Source: a virus. From it: a stretch of DNA of 40,859 bases. The DNA is taken from positions 1 to 40,859 of IMG/VR virus record IMGVR_UViG_3300010034_000001; one strand, written 5' to 3'. Below the pieces are notes generated by a model that did no database searches, was not told the origin of the DNA, and saw only the letters and a list, made by a program, of their open reading frames with translations. The translations under genes and the position numbers were made by a program. Position 1 is the first letter of the stretch. Each line of letters begins with the position of its first letter. Shown here piece by piece: positions 7,259-15,188 of this stretch.

Positions 7259-7553
7259 GCTTGTTAAACAAGCCGCCGTAATGTTTTCGGGTAACCTCCG
7301 GGTCGGCATTACACAAGGCGAAGAAGTTAGATTGGGAAAGCTAGGAAAGCTTCAGTGTTGGGACTTGCTTTAGTATGAAGTTGCCAGTTAACACCCTAGC
7401 TTGTAGAACTTGAATTCATGTTACCAAGATTCTGCATAAACTGGCCCTACTCATGAGTGGACTCAGATGCTGACTGACATTAGCATCCCAGACTAAATCT
7501 GGAAATGACGATGGCCTGAAACCGGCGTTAATAGCCAACTAAGCCAAGAAATT
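7259..7553 (+). ncRNA. Candidate structured RNA or long structured 5' leader (family not recognised)
   Basis: At least 8 local hairpins in about 290 non-coding nt: 7259-7273, 7274-7320, 7338-7352, 7355-7394, 7406-7432, 7446-7460, 7466-7487 and 7488-7502. The tract looks more GC-rich than its surroundings, and no ORF longer than 18 codons is present. Confidence 0.4.
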
Positions 7554-7895
7554 ATGAGTAAAAGTAAAGAGTTTTTAAAAGCTCTTAGGGTGACTTCTAC
7601 TCAAAATTTCCTCCAACCTTCACCCAGCATTAATGCAGTAATAAATATGGATATGACTCATAGAGATGTAGTAAATGTGCTATCAAACAAGAATTTAACA
7701 CTTGATGATCTTTTTAATAAATTTAGAGAATATTTAAAAAAATATAAAGAAAATGGTATGCCAAAAGGTTTACAAATTGTTTCTGCAAGAAGAAGTTTAA
7801 CAAGCGATTTAGTTAAAAAGCATCAACTTACTCGATTGCAAGCTATTGCTTGTAGTGTTTATGCTTCGCTGGAAATAGAAAAGTCAATAGTTTAA
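7554..7895 (+). CDS. Hypothetical protein (113 aa)
   Basis: ORF with only a weak SD (AAGAAATT) before the ATG. Confidence 0.55.
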   Translation: MSKSKEFLKALRVTSTQNFLQPSPSINAVINMDMTHRDVVNVLSNKNLTLDDLFNKFREYLKKYKENGMPKGLQIVSARRSLTSDLVKKHQLTRLQAIACSVYASLEIEKSIV

Positions 7896-7916
7896 ACTTT
7901 ACTTGTTGTTGTTTCT

Positions 7917-8047
7917 CCTGTGGTTCTGTGAATAATAGTAAAGCTAATGTGTGCAAGTTGTGGGTAACCTAAAAGGTTATCCATGACTTGTGCACATGAT
8001 CCGAAGGAAGCTTTACGATCCGAAGGAATTATTCACAAATCCACAGG
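7917..8047 (+). ncRNA. Extended 48-bp imperfect hairpin with two identical 11-nt bulges (candidate ncRNA, RNase III-type processing site, or DNA-level origin element)
   Basis: Paired segments are 7917-23/8041-47, 7927-36/8028-37, 7938-45/8009-16 and 7947-69/7975-97, with loop TAAAA. The bulges GATCCGAAGGA at 7998-8008 and 8017-8027 each sit opposite a single A. Five G-T wobble pairs work only on the plus-strand RNA. Confidence 0.55.
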
Positions 8048-8076
8048 TTTGATAGAAAAAATAAGGTAATTATATA

Positions 8077-8385
8077 ATGAAACGATCTATGCTAGATGTT
8101 ATGGATGAATTTTTAGCAAATTGTGCTAATATTTGTGAAAAACAAGAAAAAATAAATGGTTATAGAAGTGGGGATTTTGTTCTTAGTTTTGCAAATGAAA
8201 TAACAACAGAAATTGCTGAGATAATTAAGGTGTCACAATCTTATAATAATGTAATGGCTGCTGTACTTTCTAAATTTATGCAAAAACTATCTTTAGATTT
8301 TGAAGTAGAAAAAAACGCATTAATTGAAGCGATATGTGAACTAAAATCAGATCTTAGTGGAGAATTTGATAAAAAGAAAAAGTAG
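8077..8385 (+). CDS. Hypothetical protein (102 aa)
   Basis: ORF with AAGGT about 10 nt upstream. Confidence 0.55.
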   Translation: MKRSMLDVMDEFLANCANICEKQEKINGYRSGDFVLSFANEITTEIAEIIKVSQSYNNVMAAVLSKFMQKLSLDFEVEKNALIEAICELKSDLSGEFDKKKK

Positions 8386-8441
8386 CTCAAAAGGTACACA
8401 TTACACGCGCGAAAGATTTTTAATTTTTTTTCAGAAAAGAC

Positions 8442-8470
8442 TTGACCAATGTGTAAAAAATGGTTAGTAT
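8442..8470 (+). promoter_or_regulatory. Sigma70-like promoter: TTGACC-17-TAGTAT
   Basis: The hexamers and 17-nt spacer were counted directly. A T-rich tract lies upstream. Confidence 0.5.
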
Positions 8471-8492
8471 AAAAACTTGTCAGTCAGCGTCT

Positions 8493-8519
8493 GGGTTTGC
8501 TCCCTTCGGGGGTAAGCCC
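8493..8519 (+). promoter_or_regulatory. Leader hairpin with a UUCG tetraloop abutting the rusA start codon
   Basis: GGGTTTGCTCCC-TTCG-GGGGTAAGCCC forms 11 bp with one bulged T and two G-T pairs. The 3' arm ends 1 nt before ATG 8520 and contains the only purine-rich, SD-like run. Confidence 0.55.
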
Positions 8520-8933
8520 ATGGCACTTTTAAAACCGCCTCGCTATCAATTAAACAATCCTGACCTAATCTTCACCATCCCAACGCCTCCTTCTGTTAAC
8601 CAAGCTTACACCAATGTGCCCAAAGTTGGTCGTGTTAAGACCAAACGGTATCGTGATTGGGAAAAAGACGCTTCGAATTATTTGTTAATAAACAAAGATA
8701 TACAAACAATTGTATTAAACCCGCCGTATGGTGTTGTATATTCTATCAATAAGTTAGATAATCGTGTTAGAGATTGCGCTAATTATGAGAAATGTTTGAC
8801 CGATTATTTGGTTCACATAAAAATAATTAGCAAAGACGAACTCATTGACGTTAACACGCAACAATGGATAACCCAAAAGGATTTGGGGGCTATAACTATC
8901 TGTGAATTATTTTCAGAGGTAAAGACTTTATGA
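8520..8933 (+). CDS. rusA: RusA-family Holliday junction resolvase
   Basis: PTPPSVNQAY matches the RusA PPSxNxxY block. RDCANYEKCLTDYL matches the catalytic D..N..K...D..L block. The start at 8520 was chosen because the predicted promoter would start transcription downstream of the track ATG at 8460. Confidence 0.75.
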   Translation: MALLKPPRYQLNNPDLIFTIPTPPSVNQAYTNVPKVGRVKTKRYRDWEKDASNYLLINKDIQTIVLNPPYGVVYSINKLDNRVRDCANYEKCLTDYLVHIKIISKDELIDVNTQQWITQKDLGAITICELFSEVKTL

Positions 8934-8948
8934 AATGGATTTCATTAG

Positions 8949-10769
8949 ATGAGCCAAGTAGGCGCTGCATACAAGAAAAAACCTGAATTACAACGGATTG
9001 TTTCAGTTAATGAAATTGGTGATAGTTTTCTATTACCATTGACTAATCCAAACAGCACTGAAGAATTTGCTGTTGAATTCTCGCGTGTCAGTACCAGAAT
9101 TGGCGATTCGTTTAGTGGCGCAACCATTATTGCATTCGATGACGTTGTGTATGTCAGCGGCTTGGGTGATGATGGAAATGCAGGCGATAGAATTACTGAG
9201 CCTAAACAAACGCTTGCATCAGCAATCACAGCAGCACAAACCAAATCGCCTTCACAAACCAATATTATAGCAATTATCTGTAACGATGGGACTGCATTTA
9301 GTGCAAACGTATCACTGCCATCGTTTGTCAGTCTTTCAATGCCTAACGCGACATTGACTGCAACATCAGGTACAGTGCTGACTTTAGCTGACTTTTGTTT
9401 TGCTAACATTGGTCAAATTATCCCAGATGGTGCATCAACCATTGGTGTTGCAAAAACAAGTGGGGCAATTGGTAGTCGTTTAATTTGTCAAAATATTCAA
9501 TGCCTTAATGGTGCAACAGGTGTTTCTCATGCGGGTAATTCAGAGCGTTTGGTGGTTGAAGCAAGTGGTATTCAAGGTAGTGGCACGCTTGTTTCCAACA
9601 CGTCTAGTGGTAGTGGTCGCGTTATTATCCGCGCTGATGCTCTTAATATTAATGGCGCCAACGGTGTGGGCATCTTTCAAAATTCAGCCACCAATGACAC
9701 CTTTATCTCAGGCGGATTAATTGGTCATTTAGAAGGTGCACAAACGGGCACAACCTGTATTGATTGTAATGCAGGGACTGTCGTTGCCCAAGTCGGTGAG
9801 CTCAATGGCATTACTGACATCGATGTCGCTAATAACGCCAAAGTTATTATCTTTGATGCAATTTCAGAAGGCGCTATCACGGTTGCATCCGGTGGCACAC
9901 TTGAATCTCGTATTATTGAACACAACGGTACACTCACTAACAACGGTACAATACTTGGTGAAGTAGGTGAGACAACCTTTGGCGCACAACGTCTTGAAAC
10001 ATCACTTAAATTCGGTGCAGCAGGACAAGTGGTTAGCTCAATTAGTAATGACACGAGTCTTACCAATTCATCGCAAAGCGCACTGGTAACAGAACACGCC
10101 GTTAAATCATATGTCGATGCACAAAGTCAAACGTTTCAAGCACCCGCATTTACGGCATTTACAGTTGATATTCCACAAAATCCACTGGCTGGCTCTACTT
10201 TTTCTGGCACTCGTACCTTTACTTGGACTGTGACCAATGAAAACAATTTAAGTGGTAATTTGACAATTAGTGAACCTGGTAATGATTTAAGTACTTCTGT
10301 CAACCCAGCATTAGGCACAATTGATTTAGCTATCACTTCATTTTCACTCAATGCTGGTGAAACTAGAACATTTACTATTTCAGGAACTGACACTCAATCC
10401 AATACACCGAGTCGCACGTATGTCATAACAGGCCAAGCGCCTGATGAGCATTTATTTTATGGATTATCTGATTCTAATAATCCAGCAAGTATTGACACAT
10501 CTACATTAACCGAGGCATTAATCACAAGTAGTGGACAACAAATAACAGCATCAATTGGTCCTACGACAGCAGGACAATTTATTATTGTCTTAGCGCCAAG
10601 CGACAATGACTTGTCAGAAATTGTTAATACGGCAATAAACGTAAATGTTATCAACACGTTTACAAAAACAAATACTGTACGCTCGATTAATGGTCAAACC
10701 TATAATTCTTATGTATTTGGTCCTACCAATTCAGGATTTACTCAAAATTATAGGTTTGTAATTGCATAA
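8949..10769 (+). CDS. Tail spike/fibre-like protein with a probable right-handed beta-helix region
   Basis: 606 aa, rich in G, T, S and N. VYVSGLGDDGNAGDRITEPKQTLASAI resembles the N-terminal cap of pectate-lyase-like beta-helices. The C-terminal half is T/S-rich and probably beta. Confidence 0.55.
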   Translation: MSQVGAAYKKKPELQRIVSVNEIGDSFLLPLTNPNSTEEFAVEFSRVSTRIGDSFSGATIIAFDDVVYVSGLGDDGNAGDRITEPKQTLASAITAAQTKSPSQTNIIAIICNDGTAFSANVSLPSFVSLSMPNATLTATSGTVLTLADFCFANIGQIIPDGASTIGVAKTSGAIGSRLICQNIQCLNGATGVSHAGNSERLVVEASGIQGSGTLVSNTSSGSGRVIIRADALNINGANGVGIFQNSATNDTFISGGLIGHLEGAQTGTTCIDCNAGTVVAQVGELNGITDIDVANNAKVIIFDAISEGAITVASGGTLESRIIEHNGTLTNNGTILGEVGETTFGAQRLETSLKFGAAGQVVSSISNDTSLTNSSQSALVTEHAVKSYVDAQSQTFQAPAFTAFTVDIPQNPLAGSTFSGTRTFTWTVTNENNLSGNLTISEPGNDLSTSVNPALGTIDLAITSFSLNAGETRTFTISGTDTQSNTPSRTYVITGQAPDEHLFYGLSDSNNPASIDTSTLTEALITSSGQQITASIGPTTAGQFIIVLAPSDNDLSEIVNTAINVNVINTFTKTNTVRSINGQTYNSYVFGPTNSGFTQNYRFVIA

Positions 10770-10773
10770 AGAT

Positions 10774-10935
10774 ATGGAAGCACTAGAAACACTTAAAAGC
10801 GTGTTAAATGATTTAGACGAAAATGAAGCACTTTGGGTTGAACCAAATCTTGATGCGCTAACAAATGCAATAGGACGATTATTTGAGGCAGCATCCAACC
10901 TAGTATTTGACTTAGAGAATCAATACGATGACTGA
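10774..10935 (+). CDS. Possible small protein (53 aa, below the track cutoff)
   Basis: The open frame MEALETLKSVLNDLDENEALW... fills the gap and overlaps the next start by 8 nt. No clear SD is present. Confidence 0.35.
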   Translation: MEALETLKSVLNDLDENEALWVEPNLDALTNAIGRLFEAASNLVFDLENQYDD

Positions 10936-13441
10936 TATTGGAATTGAAGGAAAACTAAAACCACTATTGCAAAATGGCCGAATCGCTGATGCAATCGATG
11001 TGGAAACAACCGGTAGTAGCACGGCTCAAACAGATTTAGATAATATTAATCAATCTATTCTTAACTGGAAATTCAATAAACCAGCCATCAGTGAAACTAA
11101 TCCAGGCGCTACTTTTTTAGCTATTAACAACGCTAACAAAGCTGATGCGACACTTATAAGTATTAACGGTTTTACTAATGTTACAAATTCAGTAGCAGTC
11201 CATGAAATGCTAGAAGACTTGAGCATTAACGATCGTATTTATATACAAGAACGAACAGTAACTGGCAATACTGCCCTTTATCGGGTAACCGGAGCTATTG
11301 TACGACAGGGCGATAATTTTAATGTTCCTGTTGCCAATGAAAGGGTCACAGGGGGCGAGTGGGCAAATGAAGCACTTTTAAACGTCAAATTCTTCTTTAC
11401 TGCGACCGCTGCGGGATTACCTGATAGTGTGGTTGAAATACAATCACCAACTATTGATGCCTCAAATGCTACAACGTTTGCCTCATCATTATCCGGTGAA
11501 ACACCTGGACTTGGTGATGGTTATCGTATTACGACAGGCGGAGAACCTTTTACTGGTAGCACTGTTAGTGCTGAAGTAGGAGATGTTATTCTTTCAGCTG
11601 TTTCAAGTCCTTCACTGACAACCGTCACAGATTGGGTTATTTTAAGAAAAGCAGATAGTCTATCAGTTAATGCACTTGAAACTTTATTTTTAGATGAGGT
11701 AAGGCAAAACGGTCTTAATTTTGGATTCAGCAATCTTGTTAAAATCGGCAGGGACAATCTTGATGATGCGCTGACACAAGATTTAAACCGTGCGCATAAT
11801 AGTGACTTAAATGAGCAATTACAGGATTTTCAACAACATTTAACTGTTACACACATTGCTGATACTGCCTGGACAGTACCGCCTAATCCCACACAAATCA
11901 ATTCAACTATTACACGCTTGTTTGCCTCTCATTGGGATGAAAACCGCATAGGTTCAACACCGTTTACGGGTAATTATTTTGAGGATTTGGCCGACCCAAC
12001 AATCACACTGACTGGCGGTAACCATTTTTATTTTGCAGATGCCAATGATATTAATAATGTTAACTTTCCCGGTAAACAATCTTATTTTACAGGCCAACTA
12101 ACGGTATCTGGTTTGCCGCTTACTAATACAGAAAACAAGCTTATTGGATTTTCACATTATATTCGTGATGAAACGTTCGCCACCGATGTGACCTTGCTCC
12201 AGTTTGGTAGTCGTATTATGTTGGGTGTGGATAGTGAGGGCCTTTATGCGCTTCAAGGTAATCAAGATGGCAATCCCGCTGAAGCGACTTTTGCACAACG
12301 CTTATCACCGCCAGGTAGTGGTAATACCATTCAATATTTACGTGGTGTAGGTGCAAATTCAGTATCTTGGTTCGTTCCTGCATCGCTTCCTGGTCCTACA
12401 ACATTTACTGCAAGGCTAAGAGTTGTAGAAGGTGGTAATACCAGTATCACCAAAACTGTTGAATACACAGTAACTGACAGAACTGTTTCACAATCACAGA
12501 CATCTGAGGTGGTGGCGACCAACTTGCCGAATCCTCCTGGTGGCACAAGAGATGAAACAATTACTTTTGCCTATGATGCAGGCACAACCATCCTCACCAT
12601 TGGAACAACAGGGCTATCACAAAATACAACCAATGATGTCACGCAAATTGGCATGGAAGTCACTTATAACGACACACAATCACTAAATACAAGCTCCACA
12701 AGTTCTAAAATAAGATTTGGTCAACAAGATGAGCATAGAGCTAATACTGTCGATATTTTGTTGGAGATTCGAGCAGATAACCCCAATGAGACAACAGCCG
12801 ATAAACGATTGGAAATATTAGCTATTATTGATGGATACCAAGAAAATACTTTGTCGCTGAATTTTAGGGCATCTGATTATGACTTTTCCGATATCGTTTT
12901 TGGTCCAGATTCAGGCGATGCAATCTCTATTGCTAACATTCAAGTGTATGAATGGGACGATGCAGGTAATCCATTTAATGCACCAACACATGCTCAATTA
13001 TACAACATGTGGGTTGCACGTAATAGATGGCTAGGATTATTTCTACATCCTAGTGAAGATTATCGCGAATACACCATAGCAGGCGGTATGATATTAACTG
13101 ACAAAGATGACAATACATTTAATGTCATTAATGGGCTTGCAAATAGAGTAAGAGAAATATTTCAAGCTGCAAATACGAGTAGCCTATCAAATTCAGTAGT
13201 GCTTCCATCTGATTTTGCAGATTTCAACCTATTGCATGTAACTGAATTTATCTCAGGCTCACCAAATGAATGGAGAACAGTAACAATTGTAACCCCGTTG
13301 TTAACAGAAGGTGATGTAAGTGGTAGTGATAGTATTCGTGTACAAGGTAATACTGATATTAGCTGGACATCAGGTACTCGTACTATTGCAACCGTTGGCG
13401 GGGCTTCAACAATCTACAGGATTCAGTTAATGAAACTATAA
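10928..13441 (+). CDS. Large virion-associated or fibre-like protein (837 aa), function unknown
   Basis: Long ORF with T/S/N/G-rich, beta-type composition, flanked by fibre-like genes. Confidence 0.5.
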   Translation: MTDIGIEGKLKPLLQNGRIADAIDVETTGSSTAQTDLDNINQSILNWKFNKPAISETNPGATFLAINNANKADATLISINGFTNVTNSVAVHEMLEDLSINDRIYIQERTVTGNTALYRVTGAIVRQGDNFNVPVANERVTGGEWANEALLNVKFFFTATAAGLPDSVVEIQSPTIDASNATTFASSLSGETPGLGDGYRITTGGEPFTGSTVSAEVGDVILSAVSSPSLTTVTDWVILRKADSLSVNALETLFLDEVRQNGLNFGFSNLVKIGRDNLDDALTQDLNRAHNSDLNEQLQDFQQHLTVTHIADTAWTVPPNPTQINSTITRLFASHWDENRIGSTPFTGNYFEDLADPTITLTGGNHFYFADANDINNVNFPGKQSYFTGQLTVSGLPLTNTENKLIGFSHYIRDETFATDVTLLQFGSRIMLGVDSEGLYALQGNQDGNPAEATFAQRLSPPGSGNTIQYLRGVGANSVSWFVPASLPGPTTFTARLRVVEGGNTSITKTVEYTVTDRTVSQSQTSEVVATNLPNPPGGTRDETITFAYDAGTTILTIGTTGLSQNTTNDVTQIGMEVTYNDTQSLNTSSTSSKIRFGQQDEHRANTVDILLEIRADNPNETTADKRLEILAIIDGYQENTLSLNFRASDYDFSDIVFGPDSGDAISIANIQVYEWDDAGNPFNAPTHAQLYNMWVARNRWLGLFLHPSEDYREYTIAGGMILTDKDDNTFNVINGLANRVREIFQAANTSSLSNSVVLPSDFADFNLLHVTEFISGSPNEWRTVTIVTPLLTEGDVSGSDSIRVQGNTDISWTSGTRTIATVGGASTIYRIQLMKL

Positions 13442-13456
13442 TAAAAGGAGAATCAC

Positions 13457-14428
13457 ATGGGACGTGAATTAAGTTATAAAGGGATTAATGAATTAGATCC
13501 ATATACTGGAACACCAACATCATTAGATATGGTGCCTATTTTAGATGCATCGGATGATGTAATAAAACGTATTGAGGCAACAAAATTAAGTCTGCAAGGT
13601 GGTGCTGCATTTTCTGGAGTCCCTGCAACAGGAGATACATTTCCTATCTGGGATAATTCAGATACAGCATTTAAAGAGCTCGATGGAACTAAAGTGCCTG
13701 TCCAAGGTGCGAGTGCGTTTTCCGGTGTTCCTGCAACTAATGATACAATTCCTATTTATGATAATAGTGGCACTGCCTGGACGGAACTCGATGCAACCAA
13801 AGTCTTTGTACAAGGTGCTACGGCATTTAGTGGCGTGCCTGCCACAAGTGATGTCATTCCTATTTGGGATAACAGCGGTACTGTATTTACATCGCTTGAT
13901 GCAACTAAGGTACCTGTACAAGGAGCCGCAGCATTTAGCGGTGCACCAGCGTCTGCTGATGAATTATTAGTTTATGATGCAAGCGCATCTGCTTTTGCCA
14001 CTCTTGCACTAGAAGATGTTCCTGTTAATGGCACATTCGGCACTGATTTAAATGCCAATGCCAATTTAAAACATCATGTGGTGACCGCAACGCTTGCAGA
14101 GATTAATGCAGACCATGAGCTTTTAACAGGTGTAGCAGGTAAAAAAATTCACATCTTTAATGTTATTGCCAGTGTCTCAGGTACCTTCCTAACAGGTACT
14201 GATGTCAGACTTCAGGATGAACAAGGCTCACCTGTTGAGGTGTTGCGTTTGGAGACTGCAGGTCTTACTGACCAAGCAATTATTAGGGCAGGGGACAGTA
14301 ATACTTTAATTCAAATTGGTATGGTAACAGGGCTTACCACCGGTGATGGATTAATTGTTTCTAAAACCGGTTCTAATTTCACAGGGGGTACTAGTATTAC
14401 CTTTAGTATTTTGTATAGTATTCAATAA
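13457..14428 (+). CDS. Fibre-like protein with five tandem 36-aa repeats
   Basis: Strong RBS AAAGGAGAATCAC. The repeat unit is QGxxAFSGVPATxDxIPIWDNSGTxxxxLDATKVPV. Confidence 0.6.
   Translation: MGRELSYKGINELDPYTGTPTSLDMVPILDASDDVIKRIEATKLSLQGGAAFSGVPATGDTFPIWDNSDTAFKELDGTKVPVQGASAFSGVPATNDTIPIYDNSGTAWTELDATKVFVQGATAFSGVPATSDVIPIWDNSGTVFTSLDATKVPVQGAAAFSGAPASADELLVYDASASAFATLALEDVPVNGTFGTDLNANANLKHHVVTATLAEINADHELLTGVAGKKIHIFNVIASVSGTFLTGTDVRLQDEQGSPVEVLRLETAGLTDQAIIRAGDSNTLIQIGMVTGLTTGDGLIVSKTGSNFTGGTSITFSILYSIQ
13487..14026 (+). repeat. Five in-frame tandem repeats of 108 nt (36 aa) within the CDS
   Basis: The repeats cover aa 11-46, 47-82, 83-118, 119-154 and 155-190. The three central copies are best conserved. 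Confidence 0.85.
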
Positions 14429-14445
14429 TAAACAGGAGTATACTG

Positions 14446-14517
14446 ATGTTTGGCCTAAACATAGGACGTGGTCGCAAGCCTGCAAGGATGCCAAAGCGTA
14501 AAATTTATATAAAATGA
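14446..14517 (+). CDS. 23-aa highly basic peptide (MFGLNIGRGRKPARMPKRKIYIK)
   Basis: ACAGGAG lies 7-8 nt upstream of the ATG. The stop overlaps the next start as ATGA. Confidence 0.45.
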   Translation: MFGLNIGRGRKPARMPKRKIYIK

Positions 14518-15077
14518 CAGATAAAAAAGAACAAGAAAAGGAACACGGCATTTATATCACTGTTGAAGGCACTTATTTTTCAAAAGTAGGCACAAGCCGT
14601 GTTCCAGCTGATTACAAACTTAGAATACAATTAACTGACGATCCAAATTATGAGCTGCCAAGTGAATTAAGATTAAGAAAGCTTGCGCATTATACTTTAT
14701 TACCCCAATTTTTTTTAAAAAATAAAGATAAATATCCTGATTATTATAATGGTGATAAAGGTGTTAGAGAATGTTATCTAAGAGAAACTGAAATTATTGA
14801 TTCGGGTATTAAAAAGAAACCCAAAAAAGATCCAGAAATTAACGAAATGTCAATTGACCAGCTTGTTAAATTTGCAGCCATGCAAGAACTTAATGTACAA
14901 CCTAAACGTTTTTCAACGATTGGTGTAGCAAGACGTGCAGTGTTAGATGAGCTTGAAAACAGAACTATTGCAAAAGCAGAACTTATTGAAGAAAGACAAA
15001 AAGTTTCTCGTGAAAAAGCAGCAGAATTTGATGATGTTAAAGACATCTTAGAATTCAATAAGATTACCTTAACTTAA
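14514..15077 (+). CDS. Hypothetical protein (187 aa)
   Basis: ORF translationally coupled to the upstream mini-ORF. Confidence 0.6.
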   Translation: MTDKKEQEKEHGIYITVEGTYFSKVGTSRVPADYKLRIQLTDDPNYELPSELRLRKLAHYTLLPQFFLKNKDKYPDYYNGDKGVRECYLRETEIIDSGIKKKPKKDPEINEMSIDQLVKFAAMQELNVQPKRFSTIGVARRAVLDELENRTIAKAELIEERQKVSREKAAEFDDVKDILEFNKITLT

Positions 15078-15123
15078 CCATTAATTATTTGATTATTAAC
15101 AAATAAAAATATTTCCTGTTCGC

Positions 15124-15152
15124 TTGAAGTAGCCCATATGGTCTACTATAGT
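15124..15152 (+). promoter_or_regulatory. Sigma70-like promoter: TTGAAG-17-TATAGT
   Basis: Hexamers and spacer were counted directly. Confidence 0.55.
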
Positions 15153-15188
15153 TATTGTGTAACTTTTAGACACTTAGGGGATATTCTT

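Noticed and set aside
6796-8076. tRNA, tmRNA, or a known riboswitch or ribozyme
   Set aside because: I saw no cloverleaf with a GTTCRANNC T-loop. CTGATGA at 6974-6980 lacks the GAAA and stem III of a hammerhead. The TTTGAACATCCTGTCTAGA resemblance to the TPP-riboswitch core is superficial, with no upstream CUGAGA partner. A computational Rfam scan is still needed.
8460-8519. Upstream starts proposed by the ORF track (such as 8460, 1110, 2716, 4083, 5534, 5850, 15138, 16209, 16402, 16986, 19295, 19527, 20218, 29453, 37587, 38789, 39039, 39379)
   Set aside because: In each case an internal ATG has a much better SD and/or avoids a long overlap with the upstream gene or a predicted promoter. The upstream extensions remain possible but are less likely.
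13599-13970. Alternative-frame ORFs (13599..13970 plus strand, 13658..13921 minus strand) inside the repeat region
   Set aside because: They are by-products of the periodic, stop-poor repeat DNA. They have no RBS, and the main frame has a strong RBS and coherent repeats.
8949-14428. Diversity-generating retroelement acting on fibre genes
   Set aside because: No reverse-transcriptase ORF exists anywhere in the window, and no template/variable repeat pair with adenine-specific differences is present. The 108-nt repeats are ordinary in-frame protein repeats.
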